Source of the DNA: an uncultured Bryobacterales bacterium
Lineage (GTDB): Bacteria > Acidobacteriota > Terriglobia > Bryobacterales > UBA6623
Length of the DNA: 64,000 nucleotides
NCBI GenBank assembly: GCA_951813605.1
Contig: OX638379.1
Location: 606,139-670,138 of the forward strand
Direction: 5' to 3'
This document shows positions 18,760-29,484 of the stretch, one piece after another (the first letter of the stretch is position 1; every line of letters begins with the position of its first letter). A program made the position numbers and the translations under genes. A model generated the notes under the pieces. The model saw nothing but the letters and a program-made list of their open reading frames with translations, was not told the origin of the DNA and did no database searches.

Positions 18760-19707
18760 TCAAGAGAAACTCGCTAGCGAGCGCACCTCGGCCATCGTCT
18801 GCGAAAGCGTGACATTCGGGTGGTATTCAAGGCCCGCGTAGCCATCGAATCGCCCCCCCAGCTGCAACTCGAAAATTGCCCGGAAGACATTGCGGTAGTT
18901 AATCTCGCCTGTGCCCGGCTGCATCCGCCCCGGGTGGTCGCCGATCTGAAAGTGGCCGATCAGGTCGATGTTGTTCCGAATTTGAAGTATCAGGTCCCCG
19001 TCCGTGACTTGCACGTGGTAGATGTCGAAAAGGAGCTTGACGTTGGGCGAGTCCACGCGGCGTAGCATCTCGAACGATTCGCGGCCGCCGGGAAGGAAAT
19101 AGCCGGGTCGCGTAACGAGTGTGTTTATGGGTTCGATGATCACGGTCATGCCGGACCTCTCGAGCATCGGCGCGGCCTCGCGCAAGCCCGCGACGCAACT
19201 GTCCATCTGCTCGGACCGGGGCACGCCCTCGCGCTCGAATCCGGTGAGGACCACCAGCATCCGGCAATTGAATTCAGCCGCCGCCTCGGAAGCGGCCGCG
19301 ATTTCCTGCAGGAACCCCTCCCTCTCGGAGGGATCGGTTAGGCCGCATCCGGGTGCTCTCACGCCTTTGTTGGCCGTGATGCACACTGCGTTGAGGCCGT
19401 GCTTGCGCATAGCCGCCGCATAGGCGGCCCGCTCCCCGGCGTCGCGCCAGTCGAACATTTCGAAGCCCTCGTACCCGTGACTGGCCGCGAGGCCGAGTCC
19501 TTCATCCGCGGAGTAGCTGACGTGCGGGTCGGGGCGAGGGTCCTTGCCGTCCACGGTGTCGACCGGAAGACCGCGGGCCTCCCCGCGGAACATGTCGCAA
19601 GTCACGGACAGCTTGAGTCCCTTCGACGGTGTCTTTGCGGGCTGATCGCAGCCGGACGCCAACGTGGCGGCCGCCGTCATCGCCGCCATGAATTCCCTTC
19701 GATTCAT
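18760..19707 (-). CDS. hydroxypyruvate-isomerase-family TIM-barrel protein, Tat-lipoprotein-like signal
   Basis: N-terminus 'MNRREFMAAMTAAATLASGC'. Hyi-type blocks 'VIIEPIN', 'LLFDIYHVQ' and 'IGHFQIGDHPGRMQPGTGEINY'. Confidence 0.75.
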   Translation of the reverse strand: MNRREFMAAMTAAATLASGCDQPAKTPSKGLKLSVTCDMFRGEARGLPVDTVDGKDPRPDPHVSYSADEGLGLAASHGYEGFEMFDWRDAGERAAYAAAMRKHGLNAVCITANKGVRAPGCGLTDPSEREGFLQEIAAASEAAAEFNCRMLVVLTGFEREGVPRSEQMDSCVAGLREAAPMLERSGMTVIIEPINTLVTRPGYFLPGGRESFEMLRRVDSPNVKLLFDIYHVQVTDGDLILQIRNNIDLIGHFQIGDHPGRMQPGTGEINYRNVFRAIFELQLGGRFDGYAGLEYHPNVTLSQTMAEVRSLASFS

Positions 19708-19758
19708 AGAGCTATCGTGATTGTTGAACCCCTTCCGGAGCGGCATCACGCAACAATC

Positions 19759-20895
19759 CTAGGCGTTCATCATTTCGTCCCACGTGACTTCGCTTCGTGC
19801 ATCCATCGCCATCCTGCCGAGGATCGCCGTCAGGGTGCTCTCGGCTCCTCGCACGCCGGTATTCTCGGGCTTGCCCTCTGCGATGCGCCTGACGAAGGCC
19901 TCCATGGAGTCGAGCGTGTTGCTGCGTTTGGACTCTTCCACCAGCTCATCGCCGCGCCCGCGGTAGTGCCGCCAGCGCAATTCCGAGGTCTCGATCATTC
20001 CATCGGTGCCGAAAAACTGCTCGTGGACCTCGCGGTAGTTGTTCGATCCGAGCGTCGAGCCGGCCAGCGAGGCCAGGACGCCTCCGTCGTATTCGTAGAC
20101 GACGTTGTTGTTGTCGCGCATGTTCCCGGGACGGTTCGCCGTCCGTGCCCCTCGTCCGACTGCGCTGAACGGGTGCCCGCCGAGAAACCAGTTCACGATG
20201 TCGATGCAATGGACGTTGTTCTCGACGATCAGGTCTCCGGCCAGATTCTTCCAGACGTGCCAGCGGCGGATCTTGTCAACCTCGGTCGAGGGGGGATTGC
20301 TTTCTGCCGAGACACGCGGGCTCGGCCCCGCTTTGAGAAAGTGGGCGTGTGCCATCCGGATCTCCCCAATGGCCCCGTCTTCATGCGCCTTCTTGGCTGT
20401 CTTGTAAGTCTTGGCGTATCGGCGCTGGAAGCCCATGGTGATGTTCAGCCTGCGATCGGCGGAATCGGACGCGCGCATGATCCTTTTGCAATCCTCGACA
20501 TCGACGGCGGCTGGCTTCTCGATGTAGATGTGCTTGCCCGCCTTGACGGCTGCCTCGAAATGCTCGGCATGGAGAAATGGCGGGGTGGCGATGATTACCG
20601 CATCCACGTCGCTGTCGAGCAGTTCGTTGATGTCGTTGTATTCCTTCGGCGACTGCACACCTATGCGTTGCTTGGCCTTTGCGATCTGCTCATCGAACAG
20701 GTCGCACATCGCGACTAGCTTGGCGTCCGTGGCTTGGAGCAGAGCTGCGGATAGTGATCCTCCCCTGCCTCCGCAGCCGATCAGACCCACGGAAGGCACT
20801 GAATTGGCGGCGGTGCCGCGCACTGCGGAGAGCGGTAGCGCAATTGCCGCCGCCCGAAGTACCCCGCGCCTGGTGGGAGTCATTGAATCTTGCAT
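19759..20895 (-). CDS. Gfo/Idh/MocA family oxidoreductase, Tat signal
   Basis: Has 'MTPTRRGVLRAAAIALPLSA' and the Rossmann motif 'VGLIGCGGRGG'. 378 aa. Confidence 0.85.
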   Translation of the reverse strand: MQDSMTPTRRGVLRAAAIALPLSAVRGTAANSVPSVGLIGCGGRGGSLSAALLQATDAKLVAMCDLFDEQIAKAKQRIGVQSPKEYNDINELLDSDVDAVIIATPPFLHAEHFEAAVKAGKHIYIEKPAAVDVEDCKRIMRASDSADRRLNITMGFQRRYAKTYKTAKKAHEDGAIGEIRMAHAHFLKAGPSPRVSAESNPPSTEVDKIRRWHVWKNLAGDLIVENNVHCIDIVNWFLGGHPFSAVGRGARTANRPGNMRDNNNVVYEYDGGVLASLAGSTLGSNNYREVHEQFFGTDGMIETSELRWRHYRGRGDELVEESKRSNTLDSMEAFVRRIAEGKPENTGVRGAESTLTAILGRMAMDARSEVTWDEMMNA

Positions 20896-20918
20896 GCCAA
20901 CCTCATTTCTTGCCTGGC

Positions 20919-21974
20919 CTAGGCCATCATGTCCGACGCCCGCAAGAGCGTTTCGTGGACCAAGAGTTCGTGATCGTACGAGTGCTTTAGAGGCGTATTG
21001 GTCTTGAGCGCTCTCGCTAGCTCAACGAAGTCCGCAACATAGCGCGGCTGCGGGCCGGTTTCGATTGTCTGCCAGCCCTGCCGGTAGGGTCCTCGGGCCT
21101 CGCGCATGGCGACCCGCATCACGGAATTGCCGCCTAGCGGCTGGATCATGAAGCTACCGTCGGTCCCGATGACCTCGAACGAGCGGTGGTCGCCCGACCC
21201 ATACATGCGTGCGGAGGTGGACACTACCGCGAGCCCCCCGTCGTACTCGAGCACGGCTAGCGTGTTGTCCTTCAACTTGTCGCCTCCGCCGGTGTCGTGT
21301 CGCAGCCATGTGCGGACCTTGTCCGGCCTGCCCGTGAACTCGAGAACCCTGTCGATCATGTGCCCGGCCAGTTCGAACATCGCACCGCCCGGGTAGCGGG
21401 CCTCGAGGTCGCGCTGGGGCTGATCCCGGTCGGAGTTCATCGTCGCCCGCACCAGATGCACATGGCCGAGCCAGCCTTGCTTTGCAGCGTCGACCGCGGC
21501 ATTGATTCCTGACTGCCCGCGCAATACCCACCCCTTCTGCAACAGCAGCTTCTTGAAACGTGCCTCGTCGACTAGTTCCTTGAACGGCGTGTAGGTGTCG
21601 CCTGCCGGCTTCTCGAGGTGGAGATGCCTTCCTGCGGCGATCACTTTCTGGCCCCACGGGATGGCTTGCCACGGCTTGCACTCGACCACGACGAGGTCAA
21701 CGGAATTGTCGCTTAGAAGCTCGCTTTCGGAGACCCAGTTCTGGCCCTTGTAAAGGGGGTCCGCGGCCTGCTTCTCCTGGACCTTTGCATCGTGCTCGCA
21801 AATGCAGACGACTTCGAAATCGGGCGAGTCGATCATCGCTTGGAGCTTGCCGCGCACGTGGCCGTGCTGCGTGCCGAGAATGGCCGCGCGGATCTTGCCG
21901 TCGGCGGCCTTAGCTGCCGCCGCCGCTATTGCCACGCCCGGTGCCATTAGGAATTCCCTTCGATCAATGGGCAT
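20919..21974 (-). CDS. Gfo/Idh/MocA family oxidoreductase, Tat signal
   Basis: Has 'MPIDRREFLMAPGVAIAAAAAKA', then 'IRAAILGTQHGHVRGK'. 351 aa. Confidence 0.85.
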   Translation of the reverse strand: MPIDRREFLMAPGVAIAAAAAKAADGKIRAAILGTQHGHVRGKLQAMIDSPDFEVVCICEHDAKVQEKQAADPLYKGQNWVSESELLSDNSVDLVVVECKPWQAIPWGQKVIAAGRHLHLEKPAGDTYTPFKELVDEARFKKLLLQKGWVLRGQSGINAAVDAAKQGWLGHVHLVRATMNSDRDQPQRDLEARYPGGAMFELAGHMIDRVLEFTGRPDKVRTWLRHDTGGGDKLKDNTLAVLEYDGGLAVVSTSARMYGSGDHRSFEVIGTDGSFMIQPLGGNSVMRVAMREARGPYRQGWQTIETGPQPRYVADFVELARALKTNTPLKHSYDHELLVHETLLRASDMMA

Positions 21975-22027
21975 TGAATTGCCTCCTTCGTTTCGGAAGC
22001 GGCTTGCCGCCTCCCTCCGCGGCCGGG

Positions 22028-22978
22028 TCAGGCCGCTCGTCTCATCGTCAGCGGCTTCAAGTGCTCGTAGCTCCTGCGAACCGCTTCCTCCACCGGCATC
22101 ACGTCACCAAACGCCTGATGGACCGTGATATAGCCCTCGTAGCCCACCTCGTGCATGGCATCGAACACGCCGTCGACGTCGACGCCGCCTGATTCCCACA
22201 CACCGATATGGTCTACGGCCACGGGGCCGTTTTTCCAGGTTGTGACCTTCGTAACGCCGTCAGGCGTCAGTCTGTGGTTCTGGATATAGAAGTTGAACAG
22301 GAACGGCTTCATCCTGCGGATCGCGTCGATCCCATAGTCCTCGCCCGCTATGAACCAGTTGGCGGGCTCGTAGATCAGTCCGAAATTGGGTCTCCCGACC
22401 GCCTCCATCACACGGCGAGAACCGTCAACAGTCTCGAATAGGCTGGCGCAGTGCGACTGGTGCGCGAGGCGAATGCTTCGTTCGGCGGCCTCGTCGGCGG
22501 ATTTCTGCGCGAACGCAATGTCCTCGTCCTTTTTCATACAGACGCGAATGAGCTTGGAGCCGAGGGCGTCTGCCAGGTCCAGGTACGGCGTGATATTGCG
22601 CAACAGCATCGGGCCTTCCTCGTTGTTGCTCGGCACCGCGAAATCGCCGGTCACCATCGACACCTTCAATCCGGCGGCGTCGATTCTCTCGCGGACCGCG
22701 GCGACCTCGTCCGGCGGAGTGTGAGTGCCAACTTGCGAGGCGCGCATGCAAAGCGCCTCGTATCCGAAGCGCGATGCCATCTCGATCAACTCGTCGATCG
22801 TCATCTCCGAGTTGCGCTTGTCGAAAAAGGACTCCGCGACTCTTACCGAAAGGGACAGCTTCATCGGTGCCTCAGTGGCGGACGGTTCGCCCCCGGTCTC
22901 GTTTGCGTCCGGCTGCGAGCAGCCGTAAGCCGCGAGCCCGGCGGTTGCCGTCAGGAAAGATCGTCTGGATTGCTGCAT
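22028..22978 (-). CDS. sugar phosphate isomerase/epimerase (xylose-isomerase-like TIM barrel), Tat-lipoprotein-like signal
   Basis: N-terminus 'MQQSRRSFLTATAGLAAYGC'. TIM-barrel family look ('GYEALCMR', 'IYEPANWF'). The ATG at 22978 is preferred over the track start at 23008. Confidence 0.8.
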   Translation of the reverse strand: MQQSRRSFLTATAGLAAYGCSQPDANETGGEPSATEAPMKLSLSVRVAESFFDKRNSEMTIDELIEMASRFGYEALCMRASQVGTHTPPDEVAAVRERIDAAGLKVSMVTGDFAVPSNNEEGPMLLRNITPYLDLADALGSKLIRVCMKKDEDIAFAQKSADEAAERSIRLAHQSHCASLFETVDGSRRVMEAVGRPNFGLIYEPANWFIAGEDYGIDAIRRMKPFLFNFYIQNHRLTPDGVTKVTTWKNGPVAVDHIGVWESGGVDVDGVFDAMHEVGYEGYITVHQAFGDVMPVEEAVRRSYEHLKPLTMRRAA

Positions 22979-23670
22979 CTCGGTTCGTGCCCTTCTGTTC
23001 CCGTGCATAGTGTCTCACTTGCGGACATGCCCATCTTGCGCTACAAGCGTCACTCGTAACGCACTAGAATTGCCGATGATCGGAATCCTCGCTGTTTGGC
23101 GATACATACGGCCATCCGATGCACTTCTAGTAGGAAATTATAGTGATCAGACGCACCTGCTGCGTTTCTGTGCCCCGGTCGGCGAGCCAGGTCAATTCTT
23201 ATTTGATATTGGTATCGTAGGTGGTTGCTAGATTCCGATCTAGGGCGTGATGGCGCGCCGCTTTCGATTGGTGCGGGGTTTGGGGGGCCGAGATTGGTGA
23301 GGCCTCGAGGCTAGGCATTCGAGCGTAATTGCGGCTTGGAGGGAATGGCTTTATCTTCAGCTACTTTGAAGCGGAGGCCATTGCATCCGGGCCTGTACTC
23401 CTTTGTTGTCCGATGGCACGCTTTGGTTTGCCGCTGAGCCAATGGAGTGTTCGTCAATCCCGAGAAGGCGGTCTAGAACGGCGCGGGAGTACTTTCGCTC
23501 TGCCCAGATTCCACTAATCTGCCTCAGAGCAAGAATGCGGGTCCACGCGGAGTTGATGATGGAGGCTATGACGGTGGGCGGGTTGTCACAGGTGCTCGAC
23601 CGTCAACGCAAGTGAGAGGAGGCCAACGGACGGGCGGGTTGATCTCCTAGCTCGCGGTCCGGAATCCGAA

Positions 23671-25068
23671 ATGCATCGATCCATGTACCAGCCTGTCTGC
23701 GCCTTGACACTCTTGGCCATAGCCCTCCCCGCTCAGGGAGCGCAGCCCGAGGTTCCTCAAGCTCCGTTGACACTCAAGGCGGCCGTAGACTTGTCGGCTC
23801 GTAACTTTCCTGCGATCCAGGGGTCTCTCGCGGCGGTTGCAGCGGCCGAGAGTGCTGTCGACCTTGCCAAGACCGCATACCTGCCTCAAGCCGAAATGCG
23901 TCTCGGCGTCAACTGGGCAACTCGTAACAACGTCTTCGGGCTGACCTTTCCCAACGGCGTCCTTCCGGGCATTTCCGGTCCCGTGCAGGAAGTTTCGACG
24001 ATCACGAGCGTGTTTGGAAGCTCGGCGGGAGTCCTGCTTTCTTACGAGCCATTCGATCTCGGTTTGCGACGGGCTAACGTTCGTGCAGCGGAAGCTGCCA
24101 GGTCGCGCGCTCTAGCGGGCCGTGAGTTGATCGAATACGAGGTTGCCCTGGCGACGGGGAATTCCTACTTGAGAGCGGTCGCCAATCAACGTGCTGTTTT
24201 GGCGGCGGAGGCCAACGTACAGCGCATGCAGCTTTTTCGCGAGTCCGTTGGTGCCTTGGTGGCGAGCGAGCTGCGGCCCGGCGCGGACGGCTCGCGCGCG
24301 ACAGCGGAACTGGCTCGTTCTCGGTCGGATCTGGTTCGCGCCGAGCAAGAGGCGCAGACAGCCCTGGCTTTCTTGGCGGAGTGGCTTGGGTTGGCCGGAA
24401 TCGCTATCGAGATCGAGCCAGCACGCCTGCTGGGCAGTCCGCCAGGCGCGGAGCCGCTGCACCGCTCGCTGGACGGGCACCCGCTGGCAGCGGCGCAACA
24501 GGCCGAAATCTCGGTCGGCGAGGCCCGGTTAGAGGCCCTAAGAAAGGAATGGCGCCCGAAGTTTCAGGCGCAGTCTGCCGTTTACGGCCGCGGAACCGGC
24601 GCGCGCATCGATGGAACGTTCCATGCGCGGGGCTACGGGCTGACTCCCAGGGTGGGCAATTGGGCAGTCGGATTCAACATGAACTTCGACCTGCTTGACT
24701 ACAAGCGAATCCGGGCCAGTCGGCAGATTGAGGCGCATCGCCTTGAGCAGGAGCGGGCGCGCAAGGAAACTGTGACGCAGGAACTCCTCGGCGAAGTGGC
24801 CCGGGCGAGGATCGCGGTGCAAGCCGCCCGCAAGATAGCCCGGAACACTCCGATCGAACTCCAAGCCGCAAGAGCGCTTGCCACGCAATCGCAGGCGCGC
24901 TACCAAGCTGGCCTCGGCACCGTTGTCGAAGTGGCCGATGCCCAGCGACTGCTTCGCCAGGCCGAAGTGGATGACTCGCTCGCCAAGCTCGGGGTCTGGC
25001 AGGCTCTCCTCGCGCTGGCGGCGGCACAGGGCGGAATCGACGAATTATTGACGGCGGCAAGCAGGTAG
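23671..25068 (+). CDS. TolC-family outer membrane efflux protein
   Basis: 465-aa ORF with a signal peptide 'LLAIALPAQGA'. Shows the two-repeat coiled OMF pattern ('LTLKAAVDLS', 'RYQAGLGTVVEVADAQ'). Confidence 0.85.
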   Translation: MHRSMYQPVCALTLLAIALPAQGAQPEVPQAPLTLKAAVDLSARNFPAIQGSLAAVAAAESAVDLAKTAYLPQAEMRLGVNWATRNNVFGLTFPNGVLPGISGPVQEVSTITSVFGSSAGVLLSYEPFDLGLRRANVRAAEAARSRALAGRELIEYEVALATGNSYLRAVANQRAVLAAEANVQRMQLFRESVGALVASELRPGADGSRATAELARSRSDLVRAEQEAQTALAFLAEWLGLAGIAIEIEPARLLGSPPGAEPLHRSLDGHPLAAAQQAEISVGEARLEALRKEWRPKFQAQSAVYGRGTGARIDGTFHARGYGLTPRVGNWAVGFNMNFDLLDYKRIRASRQIEAHRLEQERARKETVTQELLGEVARARIAVQAARKIARNTPIELQAARALATQSQARYQAGLGTVVEVADAQRLLRQAEVDDSLAKLGVWQALLALAAAQGGIDELLTAASR

Positions 25069-25080
25069 AGGAATCGATCC

Positions 25081-28000
25081 ATGTGGCTCATCCACGTCGC
25101 TATGCGACGGCCTATTACGATTCTGATGGCCATTCTTGGCGTGGCTCTGGCCTCGGCGCTGGCGCTCAACCGGATGAAGGTCGACATCTTCCCGGATCTC
25201 GGCACGCCGGTCATCTACGTCGCCCAACCGTACGGCGGCATGGACCCGGCCCAGATGGAAGGGTACCTCGTGAACTACTACGAGTATCACTTCCTCTATA
25301 TCCGCGGAATCGACTATGTCGAGTCGCGCTCCATCCAGGGCGCGGCTCTGATGAAGCTGAACTTCCACGAGGGAACGGACATGGCCACAGCGATGTCCGA
25401 GACCGTTGCGCAGGTCAATCGCTCGCGATCGTTCATGCCGCCGGGGACAGTGCCGCCCTTCATCATGCGCTTCGACGCCGGCAGCGTGCCGGTTGGCTAC
25501 CTGGTGTTCTCAAGCGAGACACGCGGGGTGGACGAGATCGCGGACTTGGCGCTGTTCCGGGTGCGCCCGATGTTTTCACGGCTCGAGGGCGTTTCGGCGC
25601 CGCCCCCGTACGGGGGCAGCGCGCGCAGCTTGGTCGTGCGCGTCGATCCCCAGAAGTTGCGTGCATACGGGATGTCGCCGGATGACGTCGTGCAAGCGAT
25701 CGCGCAGACCAATACGATCTCTCCGTCGGGAAGCGTTCGGATCGGCGACAAGAACTACCTAGCCCCGGTCAATTCGACAGTCGTGCGGGCGGCCGAGCTG
25801 AACGATGTGCCGATCACGGGCGGACCGGGTGCCACGGTGTATCTTCGCGATGTCGGTTACGCGGAGGACGCCGCCGACATCCTCACCAGCTACGCTCTGG
25901 TCGACGGCTCCCGCGCGGTCTACATCGCGGCGACCAAGCGCGCCGACGCGTCGACACTGGACGTCGTGCAGCGGGTGAGGGAATCGCTCCCGACGTTCCG
26001 TGCGGCCATACCCGAGGACATCAACGTCTCTTTCGAATTCGACCAGTCTTTCTACGTGCTGAACGCGATTCAGGCCCTGACGACCGAAGGGGCATTGGGC
26101 GCCCTGCTTACCGGGCTGGTGGTCCTGCTAACTCTTGGCAGCCTCCGTAGCGCAATTGTGGTGGTGATGACGATCCCAATAGCGCTGCTTTCGGCGACGG
26201 TCGCGCTTTGGGCGGCAGGGCAGTCGATCAACTTGATGACTCTTGGCGGACTGACGCTTGCGATTGGGATCCTAGTCGACGAGTCGATCATCGCGATCGA
26301 GAACATTCACACGCATCTCGCCCAAGGAAAGCCAGCTGCGAAGGCCGTCTTGGAGGCGAGCCGCGAAGTCGTTGTACCTCGCCTATTGGCAATGCTCTGC
26401 GTTGTAGCGGTATTTGCGCCGTCTTTCTTCATGGCCGGCGTGGCGCAAGCGATTTTCGTGCCGCTGGCATTGGCTGTGGCATTCGCGATGATCTCGTCGT
26501 TCTTCTTGGCGAGCACCCTTGTCCCGGTCCTCGAGACATGGCTCAATCGCAAGGCGGGGCACGCCTCGGCTGGCCGGAGGAACTGGTTCACGCCGATCCA
26601 GGACGCGTTCGGCAGAGTGTCCAGCGGCTTGGTCGCTCTGCGCTGGCCAATCTTCGGGTTCTACCTCTTGGGAACCGCGGCGATTCTTTACTTCGTGGGG
26701 GGCGGCCTCGGAACGGACATCTTCCCGCGAATGGATACCAATTCGCTTCAGATGCGCGTGCGCGGGCCGTCGGGCACACGCGTCGAACGAACCGAACAAA
26801 TCGCCCAGCAAGTCCTCGAGGCCGTTGGAGAGATCGTCGGTCCCGAGAACGTGGACAAGTCGATTGCCTTCGTCGGAGTTCAGCCATCGAGCTTCCCGGT
26901 CAATCTGATCTTTCTATGGACTGGCGGGCCACACGAAGCGGTCATGCGGATTGCGCTCAACCCAGATTCCGGCATTCCCACAGCTCAGGTCGAGGAAGAA
27001 TTGCGAAAGAGCATTCAAGACTTCGCTCCCGGCACGCGAATTGCATTCGAATCGCCCGATCTGGTCAGCCAGGTAATGAGCTTCGGCGCTCCCACGCCGA
27101 TCGAGATCGCGGTTACCAGCCCAAGCCTGCCAGTCAGCGAAGCCTATGCCCGCGACGTGGTGGCTAGGCTTGACGAAATCGCATACCTCCGCGACGTACA
27201 GGTCGGGGAGCTGCTTAGCTACCCATCCGTCCAAATCAACGTGGACCGGAAGCGCGCGGCACAGCTCGACGTGACGGTGGAGGAAGTTGGCAGGGCGCTC
27301 GCGCCGGCGACTTGGTCCAGCCGTTTCACAACCCCGGTCTACTGGGCCGATCCGAAATCCGGCATTGCCTATCAGGTGCAGGTGGAAATACCTCAATCGA
27401 TGATCCAATCGCTGGAGGACGTCTCGCGAGTGCCCGTAAAGCACAGCGTCGCCGCACCAATCTCGGTGGGAGATGTTGCCGATGTCGCATTTGGCCAGGC
27501 GGTGGGCGAGTACCACCGATACAACATGCAGCGCATGGTCACTGTAACGGCCAATGTCGTCGATCAAGACCTTGGTCGAGCCGCGGCCGACATCCGGGCG
27601 GCACTGTCCGAACTGCCCGAGCCGAGGGGAGTCAACGTGAACGTGCGAGGTCAGGTCAGTCCGATGGAGCTGATGACCGGTAGCCTCGAGCTCGGCTTGG
27701 TACTGGCTGTCGTCGCCGTGTTTCTGTTGCTCGCGGCGTATTTCCAATCGTTGAAGGTTGCCTTCTCCGTCATCATGGCGATTCCCGCAGTGTTGTCGGG
27801 GGTGGCACTGGCTTTGACCCTGACCGGAGTGACGCTCAATATCCAATCATTCATGGGAGCGATCATGGCGATCGGCGTTTCGGTCGCCGACTCTATTCTG
27901 CTCTGCACTTTCGCCGAAAAAGCCCGGCGTGAGGGGATGTCTTCGGTCGAAGCCGCTGTCGAAGCATCGCGCTCCCGAATGCGTCCGATCTTGATGACGA

Positions 28001-28239
28001 GTGTCGTGATGATTGCTGGGATGACGCCCCTGGCTCTCGGCTCCGAGCAGACGGCTCCGCTAGGGATCGCGGTGATCGGAGGGCTCGTCGCGTCGACGCT
28101 GGCGGCGCTCGTCGTAATTCCGTCGGTCTTTGCCGTCGTGCAACGGAACGCTCCGACTTCTTCGTCTTCGATCGATCCGGAGGATCCCGGCAGTCCGCAC
28201 TTCGCCGGAGAGTGGTCGCCGGAATCGCCTGCCGCCTAA
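25081..28239 (+). CDS. RND efflux transporter permease (AcrB/CzcA superfamily)
   Basis: 1052-aa ORF. N-terminus '[32 protein letters not shown]'. 12-TM RND architecture with '[14 protein letters not shown]'. Confidence 0.9.
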   Translation: MWLIHVAMRRPITILMAILGVALASALALNRMKVDIFPDLGTPVIYVAQPYGGMDPAQMEGYLVNYYEYHFLYIRGIDYVESRSIQGAALMKLNFHEGTDMATAMSETVAQVNRSRSFMPPGTVPPFIMRFDAGSVPVGYLVFSSETRGVDEIADLALFRVRPMFSRLEGVSAPPPYGGSARSLVVRVDPQKLRAYGMSPDDVVQAIAQTNTISPSGSVRIGDKNYLAPVNSTVVRAAELNDVPITGGPGATVYLRDVGYAEDAADILTSYALVDGSRAVYIAATKRADASTLDVVQRVRESLPTFRAAIPEDINVSFEFDQSFYVLNAIQALTTEGALGALLTGLVVLLTLGSLRSAIVVVMTIPIALLSATVALWAAGQSINLMTLGGLTLAIGILVDESIIAIENIHTHLAQGKPAAKAVLEASREVVVPRLLAMLCVVAVFAPSFFMAGVAQAIFVPLALAVAFAMISSFFLASTLVPVLETWLNRKAGHASAGRRNWFTPIQDAFGRVSSGLVALRWPIFGFYLLGTAAILYFVGGGLGTDIFPRMDTNSLQMRVRGPSGTRVERTEQIAQQVLEAVGEIVGPENVDKSIAFVGVQPSSFPVNLIFLWTGGPHEAVMRIALNPDSGIPTAQVEEELRKSIQDFAPGTRIAFESPDLVSQVMSFGAPTPIEIAVTSPSLPVSEAYARDVVARLDEIAYLRDVQVGELLSYPSVQINVDRKRAAQLDVTVEEVGRALAPATWSSRFTTPVYWADPKSGIAYQVQVEIPQSMIQSLEDVSRVPVKHSVAAPISVGDVADVAFGQAVGEYHRYNMQRMVTVTANVVDQDLGRAAADIRAALSELPEPRGVNVNVRGQVSPMELMTGSLELGLVLAVVAVFLLLAAYFQSLKVAFSVIMAIPAVLSGVALALTLTGVTLNIQSFMGAIMAIGVSVADSILLCTFAEKARREGMSSVEAAVEASRSRMRPILMTSVVMIAGMTPLALGSEQTAPLGIAVIGGLVASTLAALVVIPSVFAVVQRNAPTSSSSIDPEDPGSPHFAGEWSPESPAA

Positions 28240-28253
28240 AGAGAGAACCAATC

Positions 28254-29351
28254 ATGCGTACCACCGTCCTCGTCGCGCTCCTCGCCGCAGCGTTGCCATC
28301 TTCTGGAGAAGAAGCCGGAATCGTCCGAACCGAGCTTGCTCAGGTCGTGTTGAAGCCTCTGGAAAAGACGACGGTCATTCCCGGGGAGCTCAAGGCCTAC
28401 CAGAGTGTGGCCATCTACGCCAAGGTGACGGGTTTTGTGGAAGCGATCCATACGGACCGAGGCTCGTTCGTTGAGAAAGGACAGGTCCTGGCCGAGATGA
28501 GCGCACCAGAGCTCGTCGCTCGGCGCGTAGAAGCCCAGTCCAGAATCCCGGCCGTGATTGCGCAGCGCATCGAGTCTCAAGCCATGCTCGCCGCCGCCGA
28601 GGGCACGCACCGGAGACTTGCGGAAGCTGCTAAGACACCGGGAGCGGTCGCCGGCAACGACGTGTTTCTGGCCCAGAAGGCGGTAGACGCCGAACGAGCG
28701 CGGATTGATTCGCTCGACAAGACGGTCGCCGCGCACGAGGCGGCTGTCCGTGCAATCGAGGAGATCGAGAAGTACCTGAAGGTGACAGCGCCGTTCGCTG
28801 GCGTGATCACCGAGCGTCAAGCGCACGTCGGGGCGCTTGCCGGTCCCGAGGGCAACCCGGGCCTTCCTTTGTTCACGCTGGAGGAGGTGTCTCGATTGCG
28901 ACTCGTTGCAGCCGTTCCCGAATCGTACAGGCAAAGCATCGCCCGAGGCCAGCGAGTGCAGTTCAGCGTTGCTGCGTTCCCGGCAAGGATCTTCTCGGGC
29001 GTCGTCGCGCGTCCTGCGTACGCGATGGATCCGGAAACCCGCACCATGCCGGTGGAATTGGACTTCACGAATTCCGCAACCGAGCTAACCCCCGGCATGT
29101 ATGCCGAGGTGAGATGGCCAATTCAACGCTCGCGCGAGACATTGTTCGTGCCGCCGACAGCGATCATGGCAACGACCGAGCGAATTTTCGTGATTCGAGT
29201 TACGAATGGCAAGGCCGAGTGGGTCGATGTCCGTCGTGGCATGACCGAGGACAACCTAGCCGAAGTCTTTGGCGATCTCGCGGAGGACGACCGGATCGTG
29301 CTTCGCGCGACCGATGAGATCAGGCCCGGAATGCAAGTCGCGCCGAGGTAA
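28254..29351 (+). CDS. RND efflux periplasmic adaptor (MFP/HlyD family)
   Basis: N-terminus 'MRTTVLVALLAAALPSS'. Adaptor blocks 'VTAPFAGVITERQAHVG' and 'LFVPPTAI'. ATG 28254 lies 12 nt after the RND stop. Confidence 0.85.
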   Translation: MRTTVLVALLAAALPSSGEEAGIVRTELAQVVLKPLEKTTVIPGELKAYQSVAIYAKVTGFVEAIHTDRGSFVEKGQVLAEMSAPELVARRVEAQSRIPAVIAQRIESQAMLAAAEGTHRRLAEAAKTPGAVAGNDVFLAQKAVDAERARIDSLDKTVAAHEAAVRAIEEIEKYLKVTAPFAGVITERQAHVGALAGPEGNPGLPLFTLEEVSRLRLVAAVPESYRQSIARGQRVQFSVAAFPARIFSGVVARPAYAMDPETRTMPVELDFTNSATELTPGMYAEVRWPIQRSRETLFVPPTAIMATTERIFVIRVTNGKAEWVDVRRGMTEDNLAEVFGDLAEDDRIVLRATDEIRPGMQVAPR

Positions 29352-29465
29352 GGAAACGAGCGGCCCTTGCGAGCGCGCCGAGCAATGCATTCGGGGCGGG
29401 AAGAGCTAACGGGGTGGCGCGGCTGCTGGACCCCTCGGCGTCGCCTCCGCCACGGCGCTTCGGGT

Positions 29466-29484
29466 CGCGCACATCTTGTGCGCG
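29466..29484 (+). terminator. candidate stem-loop terminator after the efflux operon
   Basis: Perfect 8-bp GC-rich stem CGCGCACA-tct-TGTGCGCG, 115 nt after the MFP stop. Only a weak T-rich tail follows ('cttcgatttcg'). Confidence 0.25.
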
